DNA of 64,000 nt, taken from positions 26,598,001 through 26,662,000 of the forward strand of contig NC_087453.1 of the NCBI RefSeq assembly GCF_036321535.1, written 5' to 3'. How positions within the stretch are numbered: the first letter of the stretch is position 1; each line of letters opens with the position of its first letter. The notes beneath the pieces are model-generated. The model did not search any database. It had not been told where the DNA came from and saw only the letters and a list, made by a program, of their open reading frames with translations. The stretch comes from Camelus dromedarius (Eukaryota). Shown here in pieces: positions 10,715 through 23,295 of the stretch. The translations under genes were made by a program, and so were the position numbers.

Positions 10715-12356
10715 TTTTTAAATTATTGAGGTATAATTGACACACCACATTATGTTAATTTCAGGTGTACACATAATGATTTGACATGTGGATGCACTGT
10801 GAAGTGATCACCACAATAAGCCTCGTTTGCCATCTGTCAACTTACAAAGTAACAGACTTTTTTTTTCTTGTGATGAGAACTTTTAATTTTTAAAAGTTTC
10901 AACTTTCAAATTTGCAATATGTTATTATTGACTACAGTCACCATGCTGTACATTACACCCCCATGACTTACTTATTTTATGACTGGGAGTTTTTACCCCT
11001 TGATCCCCTTTATCCATTTTGTCCAGGTCCCCAAACCCCCTCCACTCTACTCTCTGTATCCATGAGTTTCAATCTGGTTTTGTTTTGTTTGTTTATTTGT
11101 TCTGTTTTTTTTTTTAAATTCCTCATATAGGTGAAATCATAAGGTGTTTGTCTTTCTTTAACTTGCTTCACTTGGCGTAATAACCTCAAGGTCTACAAGT
11201 GTTGTGGCAAATGGCAATATTTTATTATTTTTAATGACTGAGTACTATTCTATTACATCTTCTTTATCCGTCTTCTTTATCCATTCATCCATTTGATAGA
11301 CACTTAGGTTGCTTCTATATCTTGGCTATTGTAAGTAATTTTACAATGAACTCTGGGGTGCATATATTTTCTGAATTATTTTGTTTGTTTTATTTCTGTG
11401 AACAATGGTATTAGAATTTTGAACAGGATTGTACTGAATCTGTAGATTATTTTGGGTAATGTGGACACTTAAACAATAATAGTTCTTCTAATTCATGAAC
11501 ATGGTATATCTTTCTATTTATTGGTGTCTTCTTCAATTTCTTTTATCAATGTCTTATAGTTTTTAGTGTACAGATCTTGCAACTCCTTGGCTGAATTGAT
11601 TCTCATTTTACTCTTTTTGATGCAATTGCAAATGGGATTGTTTTCTTAATTGGTCTTTCTGACACTTCACTGTTAGTGTATAAAAACCCACAAGATTTTT
11701 GTATATCGATTTTGTACTCTACAACATTACTGAATTTGTTTATTAGTTCTAACAGCTTTTTGTGGAAGTCTTTAGGTTTTTTTTGTATATGTATAATCAT
11801 GTCTTCTGCAAATAGTCAGTTTTACTTCTTCCTTTCCAATATGGATGGCTTTTATCTATTTTTCCTGCTTGATTGCTCTGTCCAGGACAGCCAATACTAT
11901 GGTGAATAAAAGTGGCAAGAGTGTCCATCCTTGTCTTGCTCCTAATCTTAAGGGAAAAGCTTTCAACTTTTTGCCATTAGATATGATTTTAGCTGTGGGC
12001 TTAACATATCTTGGCTTTATAATATTGAAGTGTATTCCAATATATACCCACTTTGTTGAGAGTTTTTGTCAGAAATGGACGTTGAATTTTTCACATTTTT
12101 TTCCTGCATCTGTTGAGATGATCATACGGTTTTTATCCTTCATTTTGTTAATGTGGTGTATCACACTGATTTATCTGCAGATGCTGAATCATCTTTATAT
12201 ACCTGCAATAAATCTTACTTGGTAAGTGTGTATGATCCTTTCAATGTATTGTTGAATTTGGTTTGGTAATTTTTTGAGGGTTTTTTCATCTCTGTTGATC
12301 AGACATATTGGCTTATAATTTTCTAGTTTTGTGATGTCTTTGTCTGGATTCTGTAA
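10715..12356 (-). mobile_element. LINE-1, 5'-truncated and internally deleted, with ORF2 RT-region remnant and 3' UTR
   Basis: Minus-strand peptides [27 protein letters not shown] and IQQYIERIIHTYQVRFIAG match L1 ORF2; T-tail at 10715; degenerate TSD GGCCCATAGAATCT (10701-10714) / GGGCCAAAGAATCT (12357-12370), 12/14. Confidence 0.95.
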
Positions 12357-12619
12357 GGGCCAAAGAATCTGAGAGCCCTTTTGTACGAGTTTTATAGCCC
12401 CACTCAATGAGTTAGACTCAGTGCTTAGAAGCTGCAGGCTGCCAAGCTAACTTCTGAACCAAAAAGGTTTAAGTTCAAGTGAAATCTCCAAACCCAATTA
12501 GAAACGAGTTTTAGCTACTTACAGTTTCTTACATGGATGGCTCACGTAGCAGGTGACAGGCACCACCTTCCATTGAATTGGGCATCTTGCTATTTAAATT
12601 TTGTATGTATGGGGACTAT

Positions 12620-12710
12620 TTCTAACTGACTGTGTGAATTTGGGCATGTTTTTACCTTCTGTGGACCTCTTATCCCTCTGGAAATGGAGTGGATTCTATT
12701 GATTAAACAC
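12620..12710 (+). mobile_element. MIR/MIR3 fragment
   Basis: CTGACTGTGTGAATTTGGGCATGTTTTTACCTTCTGTGGACCTC. Confidence 0.5.
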
Positions 12711-13788
12711 CAAACTTCCTCCCTTAGAAAAATATTAAGATGAAGCTAAATTATTCTCACTTAAGCTGAATGATTATTACTCCCACCCATGTGAAAAGAA
12801 CTGCTAGGTTGTACGTCTCTTCTTTAAAAGGAAGCCAAGCAACCCAACAGCGAAGTTGGAGGCCAGGTGGTCCTTCACCCAAATGTCCCTCATGGTAAAA
12901 GTCCATGACCTCATGTCACCTGCTCTTGGGGCTGTTACCCTCCATTCTCTTGGACAGATTTTTAACAAGAATTTAGGTTCCTAACTACATAAGACACACG
13001 TGTCGGAATTCCACGGAGGTGGAATCCCAGCTTCTTGGTGGCGAGGAGGAAACCCTTCATGAGGAGTTGGAAGCAGAGACCCTTACGAGTCTTGGTAACT
13101 AGACATTGCCCTATTCGTTCCCCTTAATTATTTGAAAAGCTCTCTCCCTCTTTGTTCCAGCTCCTCTCCCTTTAGGTCGAACCTCCCATGAATGTCATGA
13201 CTCATTCATTGCATTTCTATCGAAATGATTAAAGCAAGCGTTGGCATCCTCTCGGGACCAGCCTGCAAAGTGTTCATTTATTCACTCACTGTAATTTAAG
13301 GCTTCCTCTGCCAGGAGTAATAACCCTCCTCCTCGCCAGGCCCCCTCCGGCTGCAGCACCTCAATGCCAGCCTCAGGCGAGGCAAGGAAGGGAAAGGAAA
13401 GGGTAGAGGTGGATATAATTGCTCGTAGTTTTCGTATTTTTCTGTGGAGGATGCTGACCCTTGAAAAAGGTGCACAGACCTTCAGACTGGTGTTTAGGGA
13501 AGGTCATCCTGGAAGAAGAAAGGAGGGATTGTCATTTTGAAGCATCTCTGTTTTCAGATATAGAAAAAGGGTTAAAAAAAATAATGAAAACCAAAAGCAA
13601 CTTGAAGAACAGATCTGGACAAAATAGCGCATCAGAGGAGAGGGTGAGGGGCCAGCCCTCTCTCTTTCTAGACTCCTTCTTTCCCTTCTATTTAGTAACA
13701 CTCTTCAGTGGATAAATGAATATGTGGAGAAAGAACCAGTGAATGTGTCCATGTTTTGAATGAATAAATGAATGAATGAGTCATAGGT

Positions 13789-13971
13789 CAGTGCTTCCTA
13801 AATCTGGCTCATCTTTAGAATCAACTGGTCGCCCTTTTTATAATACAAATCCCTGGGCTGTCCCCCCTTCCCAGGGATTCTGATTCATTAGGTCACAGTG
13901 GATCCTGGGGAATCTGTATTTTTCAACTGCTTCCCAAGAGTCCAATGGTCAGCCAGGTTTAGGATCCCAAA
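13789..13971. mobile_element. MER5A-type hAT-Charlie DNA transposon
   Basis: CAGTGCTTCCTAAA...TTAGAATCA...GATTCTGATTCATTAGGT...AATCTGTATTTTT...CAGCCAGGTTT. Confidence 0.8.
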
Positions 13972-14309
13972 GCCTGGAGCACAGCTATAATCTGGATTCT
14001 GTTTCCCCTTATTCCTGCTCTGAATGGGGGCCCCGCACTGACTTTAGCCCCGGATTAATCAGTTCTTAGTCCCTTCCTCATCAGACCAGCTGACGCCCCT
14101 GCCTGCCCTCTTTGTGTGCTGCTGGTGAAACTGGATGATGCTTTGTAAGAATTTTTCTTGGAAACCTTTAAATTAAAATAATGGGAAGATTCCTTATCCG
14201 GCTCTATCTCAACTGTTCTGGAATTGTCCATCCACAGACAAACAAGAGTCCCTTTGGTTGGTTTGCTTGTTCATTTTTGGTTAGACACAGTGTGCTTCTG
14301 AAATCCGTC

Positions 14310-15050
14310 TTTATTATTCAATAAACAGATTTCGGACATTTCTAGTTTGCTAGGAGCACCGGGGATACAGAGATGAAAGATATCATCTTTTTTTTTTAAT
14401 GAAATTTACAGACTAGTGGGTAAGTTGAATAAGAAAGTGATTCTTCTACAATCCAGGTATGGTGAAAGGATTCATAGGTTAGGAACGTTGAAGTCTACGT
14501 TGGGTCGAGGGGATGATAAATCCTGATGAAGAAAGAGAAAGAGTTAGATGATGAAGGAGGACTGAAACACTGCGTCTACAGCTGGAGGGGTGATGCCCTT
14601 ATACCCTTGGAGTCCTTGTAACTAAAAGCAGAGCTGTGTGGGTTGGAGGGGATGGTGCTGGGCGATGACATTGGGGAGGTAGATAGAGACCATGCTATGA
14701 CATACGTTGAAGGTTGCCCTAAAATTTTGGATTCTTGACTGAAGCACTGGGAATCCCATATGGATTTGGCATTAGATGGACCCAGCAGATATATCTGTTG
14801 AAGGAATGCTCTCTCATCTCTGTAGGGGGTTTGCCTGACCTGAAATTTGCCAGACTGGAGGCTTCAGGGGAACTAAAGAGAGGGGAGAGGGAAACAATGA
14901 AACAGTAGAAATCATTGCTAAACCTTGGCCATGCATGGGTGTGGCTGCATGTGGCAGGGGAAGCAGTGACAAAATAAGGGGACATTAGAATGATCCTCAG
15001 GCTTTTAAACCTTGACCGTGGAGAGAATGGTGGTGCAATTCATGGAAGCA
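14310..15050 (-). mobile_element. L2 LINE fragment
   Basis: ATTCAATAAACAGATT...GGGGATACAGAGATGAAAG typical antisense L2 3' end, followed by decayed L2 body. Confidence 0.7.
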
Positions 15051-15150
15051 AGTGTTTTGACTGATTTTTATTCATTTTCCTGTGATACTCGAAGAGAATG
15101 CTGACAGCGTCATAATGTGAATACCCAAATCCAAGCACGTGAGCAAGTGG

Positions 15151-15177
15151 TGTGTGTGTGTGTGTGTGTGCGCGTGT
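15151..15177. repeat. (TG)10-CGCGTGT microsatellite (alternating purine-pyrimidine)
   Basis: Read directly. Confidence 0.95.
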
Positions 15178-16083
15178 CTGAGTTCTTATCAAGGCTGAAA
15201 AATCTTCTAAGCACACATGAAAGAAACAGCAGAGCCAAGATGACTTTGAACTCACGGCACATGACTCCTTTTATATAAGACATGCTTGACAAACATTAAT
15301 TAAATCTCCCAGCATGTCTTTGAAGTAGTGAAGGAAATATGTACAGGTGGGTAAACTGAGGCCCCGGGAACTGGAAGGAGAGCCCGAGGACATACGAGGG
15401 CAGGTGCAGCATTTGAAGAGACCCTCATAGGAGGCCCCTGTCTCTCTGATGAAGCCAGATGTTTGCAAGCAGAGGTCCTCCAGCAAGTTCTCTTAACCAG
15501 GCAGGATGAGGCAGGCTGATTCTTTACTACAGTGGCCACAGTCTCTGACCTTAGACCTGGCCGCCTTGGGCCTCATAGCACATCCTGTCCGTTCATTATT
15601 CATCTCCACCTCTTCCTTTCTCCAGCCGAGCCTCACGCTTTCAGATGCTTTGTCCTTGTGGGTGATTAGCAGTCACAAGAGTCAAAAGGTGAGAGTGTTT
15701 GCCCAAAAGAAGCAACCTTGGTTTCGTGTGCAGGGTGCTTACTGCATAGCAGGAGTGGGCACGTGAAAGAGTGGGGCTGTGATCCCGGCCCATCAGCAGC
15801 TTTGGTTAACCTTCCTGTGGGCTCTGGAGCTACAACTGCCTTTGTGAATGCTCCCAAGTCGGTTACAATGACTGGGTCTTTGTACTTCCACACTAATCAG
15901 TCATTGGATGTGGCTACCTGGGGAGGGCTGCAGCTAGAGGCTGATGGCTGAAGGCTGTACACATCAAGAACCTCATCTTCTGCTTGCTAAACTAGACGCG
16001 TCCCCAAAGATGGTCCTTGAGGCATCCCCAAAGACATTCTTCGGCAGTTACAGCTGTCGCCCAGCTATTGATTCTTTCCACTC

Positions 16084-16712
16084 NNNNNNNNNNNNNNNNN
16101 NNNNNNNNNNNNNNNNNNNNNNNNNNNNNNNNNNNNNNNNNNNNNNNNNNNNNNNNNNNNNNNNNNNNNNNNNNNNNNNNNNNNNNNNNNNNNNNNNNNN
16201 NNNNNNNNNNNNNNNNNNNNNNNNNNNNNNNNNNNNNNNNNNNNNNNNNNNNNNNNNNNNNNNNNNNNNNNNNNNNNNNNNNNNNNNNNNNNNNNNNNNN
16301 NNNNNNNNNNNNNNNNNNNNNNNNNNNNNNNNNNNNNNNNNNNNNNNNNNNNNNNNNNNNNNNNNNNNNNNNNNNNNNNNNNNNNNNNNNNNNNNNNNNN
16401 NNNNNNNNNNNNNNNNNNNNNNNNNNNNNNNNNNNNNNNNNNNNNNNNNNNNNNNNNNNNNNNNNNNNNNNNNNNNNNNNNNNNNNNNNNNNNNNNNNNN
16501 NNNNNNNNNNNNNNNNNNNNNNNNNNNNNNNNNNNNNNNNNNNNNNNNNNNNNNNNNNNNNNNNNNNNNNNNNNNNNNNNNNNNNNNNNNNNNNNNNNNN
16601 NNNNNNNNNNNNNNNNNNNNNNNNNNNNNNNNNNNNNNNNNNNNNNNNNNNNNNNNNNNNNNNNNNNNNNNNNNNNNNNNNNNNNNNNNNNNNNNNNNNN
16701 NNNNNNNNNNNN
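16084..16712. other. Assembly gap (629 N)
   Basis: Run of N; the ORF-track entries spanning it are artefacts. Confidence 0.99.
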
Positions 16713-16734
16713 ATGATGCTGGAAATGAAATTAG

Positions 16735-16810
16735 GTGCCATACTGACAAAAGATAGACAAGTCCTGTGCTCAGGAAGCCCTCAGTCTAGTGAGGGAGACA
16801 CAAAGGTAAT
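16735..16810 (-). mobile_element. L2 fragment
   Basis: GACAAGTCCTGTGCTCAGGAAGCCCTCAGTCTAGTGAGGGAGACA. Confidence 0.5.
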
Positions 16811-16914
16811 AGAGGAACATAGAAACAAAATCAGCTAAGAAATAGCTAAATGCTTCAGGAAATAAGAGAATCAAATAGAAAGGAAGTACCAAAAGTAAAC
16901 ACATGCACGTATGT

Positions 16915-17399
16915 ATATTTATACAATGCAATACAGTTCAGCCATAAAAACTGACAACATAACGCCATTTGCAGCAACATGGATGCTCCTGGAGAATGTC
17001 ATTCTAAGTGAAGTAATCCAGAAAAAGAAAGAAAAACACCATATGAAATCACTCATATGCATATATGGAATCTAAAAAAAAAAAAAAGAACATAAATACA
17101 AAACAGAAACAGACTCATAGATGTAGAATACAAACTTGTGGTTGCCAAGGGGGCAGAGGGTGGGAAGGAACAAATTGGGAGTTCAAAATTTGTAGGTACT
17201 GACAGACGTATGCAGAATAGATAAACAAGACTATACTGTATAGCACAGGGAAATATATACAAGATCTTGTGGTAGCTCACAGTGAAAAAAAGTGACAATG
17301 AAGATATATATGTTCATGTATAACTGAAAAATTGTGCTGTACACTGCAATTTGACACAACATTGTATAATGACTATAACTCAATAAAAATGTTTTAAAA
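16915..17399 (+). mobile_element. Young camelid-type L1 3' end (ORF2 C-terminus plus 3' UTR)
   Basis: Encodes FAATWMLLENVILSEV-like ORF2 end; AATAAA plus A-tail; degenerate TSD AAAC-ACATGCACGTATGT (16897-16914) / AAACCATATGCGCGTATGT (17400-17418). Confidence 0.93.
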
Positions 17400-19345
17400 A
17401 AACCATATGCGCGTATGTTGTTGAAGGGACAAAGATGGGAAACACTTTCACTCTCATCCAGTGAGATCAAAGTTCTTCTTTTTGGTAATTTAATAAGATA
17501 TGCAGATCCCCCATAATTTAGGAGGTTATGAAATTGACGCATGCTTGAAATTTACGGTAAATAATTGAAAACTTAGTTCTATAGAACAATCAGCCTTGTT
17601 GGCAAAGGGAGTGAATTAAAAATAATTACTCAGAGAAACTAACATCTCTTTTAAAAAGAAGATTTGGAATTAGTGGGATTGGCAACGATGCATTTCTGTG
17701 TAACATATCAGTAACATCAAGTGATTATTTTTGCCCTCCTTCACTGAATCTCTCTTTTCATTTCTGATATATTCTTCTGAATCCATTGGCCTTTATTTTC
17801 TTATTAGAAGTTTTAAATTTTTTTCCAGAAGCATTTCTCAAAGAAATCTTTGACGACAAACATATTCAGTTGCCTTACCAAATCTAATGGCCCCTTGAAA
17901 GTCCTGTTCTAGTTAAGATTTCTAAGGAATCTATTCAGAGATGAGAGACATCTAGACGTTTTGTTCATTAGCTCGGTTAACCATTGGTTTTCCATTTTAT
18001 TTACTACATTTTCCTTTTTCTCCGTGATTTAGCTCTCTCAAACATTTGGGCGGTTTGCATGAAAGGGACTGTATCATAAATGCTTTTAAGGTCTACATGA
18101 TTTATACATACAGCACTCATGATTCATATCTCAAATGGCCATGTTGGTGGATTTTTTTTTTATTAAATTCTTGATTTATGTGAAATAGATAAATATAGAG
18201 ATCATTCAGAACAAGGGTGTCTGTGTCTGGGGGCAGAGAGGGGGCGGACGAGAGGGATTTGGGTACATGAATAACTCCCTATTGGTTCTAATGGGATTTG
18301 CACAAGGAAGACTCCTGTATTGCACGGTACAATCTTTCTTCTTTCTAACATGTGGTTAGGTACATGTTATTGATATCATGACTTTAATTTTCCAGCCGTG
18401 TTAAATCGATACATGTTTTAGATGCACCCCCCCTCTTAAGGAATGAGACATAAAAGAACATGCCTTTTTTCTTCTCCCTCGCTCCATGTTGTATTTGGCA
18501 AAATACCTTGACATTCTAAAAATGTCTTATCTCCATCTGGTTTTAAATCACTGGAAGCCTACACTATCCCTTATGTTTAATCCGTGTTTACCGTCATAAT
18601 AGCAGAAAATGGAGCCGAGAATGCCTCTTAACAATGAGGGCATTTCATCCAAGGTGACACTTAAATCGGATTTCCTGTAATAGTCATAAAACATGTCCAG
18701 GCCCCATTCTCAGCTGAAGAAAGGAACCTGCAGCCTGCTCCAAGCTGTTGTGGGAGACGGTGGACACGTTTGTGTTTCAAGTAACCCAACCAAAAAGTCC
18801 TATGTCTCTACTTATTATAATCAAGGGAACAACCGTTCTAATAAAATTGTGTTCAACAGTTCCTCTATAAACTGCCTCCCTCACCTGAGCTCCACCTGGT
18901 ACAATATAAAATGCAATATACTTTGGGGGTATTTTTAGTAAAACTTTTTCAGATGACTCCGTGTGCAACACAATTCATTTGGAGTTTCCTATTAGCTCAC
19001 CTTTATAGAGGCTTTCGTCTGTCCTATCTCATGGGGTAAAAAAGTCACCTTTTTTTTTTTTTCATAACCAACATGTATTTCTGTTGATTGAATCTCTCCA
19101 TTTCTTAGTGTTTGACATATAAAAATAAGGTTGGGGCAGGGGGAGCTTATACCCATGTGATATTAAGATTGGGTATTTTGTGTGAATCTTACTAAGCCCT
19201 GATAGTTTCATTATAGCCCCTATATTGAGTCTGTTGTTTATAACAGTGAAGAAAGTGGGGGCAGGAGCTAATTCACGATTTGTTCATTTCAGAATAACTG
19301 CACGATTATTCTGCGTTATCCTCAGGGTCAAAACAGTGTTATTCA

Positions 19346-19617
19346 CAAGGGGGAGTGGGTTGAGAAGGGACAGACTGGGAGTTCAAAATTTGTAGATACT
19401 GACAGGCATATGTAGAATAGATAAACAAGATTATACTGTATAGCACAGGGAAATATATACAAGATCTTGTGGTAGCTCACAGCAGAAAAAAATGTGACAA
19501 TGAATATATGTATGTTCATGTATAACTGAAGAATTGTGCTCTACACTGGAATTTGACACAACATTGTAAAATGACTATAACTCAATAAAAAAATGTTTGG
19601 GAGAAAAAAAAAACAAC
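19346..19617 (+). mobile_element. Young camelid-type L1 3' UTR fragment
   Basis: About 90% identical by eye to 17155-17390; perfect 14-bp TSD AACAGTGTTATTCA at 19332-19345 and 19618-19631; A-tail. Confidence 0.95.
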
Positions 19618-20114
19618 AACAGTGTTATTCATTCAAAAGAACTTCCTATGTAGATAGGATGCTTCAGGGATGGTGAGAACTTGCCATGATGTCATGGCAA
19701 GAAAGACTCGTGGGCAGCATGATGTAAGCACGGGAGAAGGAATATCCAAATTAAGAAGCAACTGGTCGAAACCCAACTGCAGACATTTTGCAGTTCACGC
19801 TTTCTATTCTTTAAGGGCATGACATAGTCCAAGAGAGGGGAAGTAAGCCCCTCAGGGAGGTTCACTGCTTCAGAGGTTTTCTACCAATTCTTCCATTCAT
19901 CAGCCTCAGCCTCAACCTCAACCCAGAGTTAGTGGGGCTGGATTTGCATGGAAGAGCCCCCAGAGCGGTTTGACTCATGACTATGCTTCAGTTCTCGTCT
20001 TAATCTTCTGCTTCTTGGGCTTGTGGACTATTGGAGGCACTAGATACCTGTACAAGATGGGCTATGTGGTTTTCAGCCTTCAGTGAAAAATGCAAGAGTA
20101 GAGCTTTTTGTTAA

Positions 20115-20230
20115 CAAATTATGAAGAATTTAAAGATGGTGACAGTAAAGCATTAAACCACACATGGGGACCTTCTCAATGTGGAGCCTTATGTCTCTGT
20201 ACAGGTTACACACCCATGAAATTGGCTCTG
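20115..20230 (-). mobile_element. MER45-type hAT-Tip100 DNA transposon
   Basis: Reverse complement begins CAGAGCCAATTTCATGGGTGTGTAACCTGT, similar to the recalled MER45 start CAGGGCCGGCTTCATGGGCGTG. Confidence 0.65.
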
Positions 20231-20744
20231 CCTTCAGATATTTCTAGATGTGGGAATAAAAGTCAGGTTAGAAACAGGAATTTTAACTAAATGTGTGTTT
20301 CAGGAGAAGTTAGACACCACATTTCCATCTACTCTGTACCATTAAGCTGCCATGCCTGGCCCTTCCAAGCAGAAGACCCAAGGTGAGCATTCAGAACTAA
20401 AGGCTTTTGGTATCCTACTCATTTGCTGCATAAATAAATTGGTGATTTTTTCCTCTACACTCCAGATTGCTAATTTCTAAAATAATAGTCTAACACAAAT
20501 TTCCAAGGTACATAAAAACTAAGTTTAATATTTATAAAGCTATTCCAAAGGGAGACAAGAAGTTTTGAAAGTAATCATCATAGAGTTTGACGTACTTTTT
20601 AGAAAATTTTGGACAAAAGAAGTTCTTGGACTCTCTCATCATGAATATTTTTATCTAATTTTTTATTTTTATCAAAAGGTAGCAGTGTCAGGCAAAGCGT
20701 GGCGGCTTGGAACACTGTGAGGTGGGAGGACCTGACATGATTGT

Positions 20745-20900
20745 GGGCTCTGTGTCCTATTAGTTGTATGATCCTGGGCAAGCAACTTACATCATCGGAC
20801 CACCCATAAAACATGGTCAGTGATGGTACTTACATCAGAGGGTTACTGAGGGGTTCAGTGAGATAATACACAAATGGTGCTTCTTGGGTAACATTCAATA
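20745..20900 (+). mobile_element. MIR SINE
   Basis: TTAGTTGTATGATCCTGGGCAAGCAACTTA...GTTACTGAGGGGTTCAGTGAGATAAT. Confidence 0.7.
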
Positions 20901-21106
20901 AATGTAATTTGATGTGCATAAAAAAGATGACGAGGAGGAGGATGTGGAGGAGAAGGAGGGGAAGGAGCAGGAAATGGTGGCAGTAATAATGATGGAAGCT
21001 AGAGTTGATAAAAAGATGAGAGCTGAGTCGAAACCAATCTGTGCTGGAATCTTCTCACCACCACGACCTGTGAGAACTTGGGTGCATAACTTGACCTCTT
21101 AGTGCC

Positions 21107-21565
21107 TGTATCAGTTAGCTATCACTGAGTAACAAATCCACCCTAAACTCAGTGACTTAAAATGACTCTCACTTATTTTGCCCACAGGACCACACAGGAC
21201 TCAGCTGATGTAGGCTGAGCAGTTGTGCTCCAAGGGGTTGATCTAGCTGGACTGGGTCACATGCTGACATTTGGGCTCAGGTCTGCTTTCCTTGTCTGTC
21301 ATCCCCCTCGGATTAGCAGTGTGGCTGGAGTATAATATTCTTATGACAATGGTGACAGCATAAGAGAAAAACTCCCTGGGCGCATCCATTTCAAGGCTTT
21401 GCTCACTTATGGCTTTGAACATCCCATTGACCAAAGCAAGTCACAGGGCTGAGCCTGAGGACAAGGAGCAGGAAACACTTTCCACTTTGAATAAAAAGAA
21501 CTCATACAGCCAAAGATACGGAGAGAGAGGGCAGAAGTGGGGCCAATAATTCAATTGCCTTATAC
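21107..21565 (-). mobile_element. MLT1 (ERVL-MaLR) solo LTR, MLT1J/K-like
   Basis: Starts TGTATCAGTTAGCTAT (reverse complement of the MLT1 3' end); internal CCCATTGACCAAAGCAAGTCAC. Confidence 0.85.
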
Positions 21566-21582
21566 GTAATATAGAATTAATA

Positions 21583-21690
21583 AAATGACCTCCCTCATAG
21601 ACTTGTTTTGCGGATTAAATGAGATAATCCACGCAAAGCATTTAGCACAGTGCAGGCATATAATTAACACTTCATAAATGTCAGCTATGT
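21583..21690 (+). mobile_element. MIR 3' half
   Basis: CCTCATAG..TTGTTTTGCGGATTAAATGAGATAAT...AAAGCATTTAGCACAGTGC. Confidence 0.8.
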
Positions 21691-23234
21691 TTGTAAGGAT
21701 GACTCTGATCATCTTATGACCCAAATCCAGTGAGAGAGTTGAGGCGGGAAAGGCAGCTGTGGGTGGGAGTAGTTGGAAGAGATTTAGTGGTGAAGTTTTC
21801 AGCTGGAACTTAGAAGATGGCAGACTTTGAAAGAAAAATAAAAAGCAGGGGTAAGACGGTGTTCCTGGATGGAGCAGAACAGAAGCAAATAGCCTAAAAG
21901 CAGACAATAATGTGGATTTACAGTGTTGATTGTGTTTAGAGTCTTAGGTGAACTACCCACCGTTTCCCCTTCATTTTCCTTTTACAGTCCTGGAGGTGAG
22001 TTGTCACTCCTGATTCTGCTGTTTGTCTGGAAAGAGCACAGGGTGCCTGTGTATGTGGTAAACCAGCTGTACACCTGCGTTCTCTGCCTGGAACTTCCTT
22101 GAGCATTTCCACTCCCTGGGCTGGTGCTGTTTCCCGTGGTCTCCTTCCATCCTGAGTGGGAGGCTTGTCCAAGGGAATCCAGGATGCCGGGACTGGTGAG
22201 ATCCTCCTTCTGAGTCAGTCCTGCATGTTAGCCTTCGAGAATGGCTACTGCTTCCATGCAAGGTTCTAGGAGGGGCCCTGAGTCTGTGAAATCTGCTGTC
22301 ACTTCGTGAACAGCGGGGATCTGAGACACTAGACCCTGTGAGCAAGGAATACTGGAAGCTCTTCTATTCAGGCTTGGGTGTCTGCACATGGGCGCCCCGG
22401 TCCTCCAGCCCCACCATTCTGCTGCTTGGGGCATCGGTGAACTTGCAGGGGCAGAGAGCCTGCTGCTCACACAGCCAAGTTGTCCGGGCCTGTTAGCATC
22501 CCCCTCAGTAGCCACAGCCTGAAGGGAGGTGAGGGCCCTTCCTCCCCTCTTGCGTAACATATGTGCGCTCTGAGGGTGTTCTTTCAAAGACAGATCTTTA
22601 GCAAAATCATACATAGAATGAAGTCAAGCAAGAAGCAGGAGCCGGGCACTCTTCCAGCTGTGACACTGTCCTCCCGTCTCTCCTCCTATCTCTCCCCACC
22701 CCGCCCTGAGAAGCATGCTCTGAAAATCTCTCCAACTGCCGATGGCTTTTAACTCCAGCCTTGCAGATCAAATTTGGAGAAATCGCTGTGTGAAAAAAAC
22801 ATTTTATCTGGTTATCCCAAGTGATACTGGTGCTCCCCAAAGTCATCCTGTCCTCACACTCCTGAAGAGATGCAAATTAGAAGAGATGGTGGGGGTGGCT
22901 GGCGGTCATTTACCAAAGGCTGGCTGCCCAGGACAATGTGCTGTCCTGCCTGGACCCCTCTCCAGGACCCAGGCTTCATCCCCCAGCTGCCGGGGCTGTT
23001 GGCAGCTGACATCTCTCAGCTGTGTACCTCTTGGGTCTTTTTGCCTCCAAGTAGGACAACTTCAGAGCTGCCCTCAGGGTTGCCCACATGTGTTAATACC
23101 AAGAATTTTCTGCAACAGTTTTTACACAGTTATCTATTTTAGAGTGAATTTCCTCGGAAGTCTGACCTGTGACATCTGCCCTGGGCCATGTGGCTCTGGC
23201 GCTGATCACACCTTGGCTCATTTAATTTACCACA

Positions 23235-23295
23235 ACCACTGTCCTTAGCAGTTGAGGAAACTGAGATTGGACAGTAACTTGCCCAAGATTCTTCT
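23235..23295 (-). mobile_element. MIR core fragment
   Basis: GTTGAGGAAACTGAGATTGGACAGTAACTTGCCCAAG. Confidence 0.55.
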
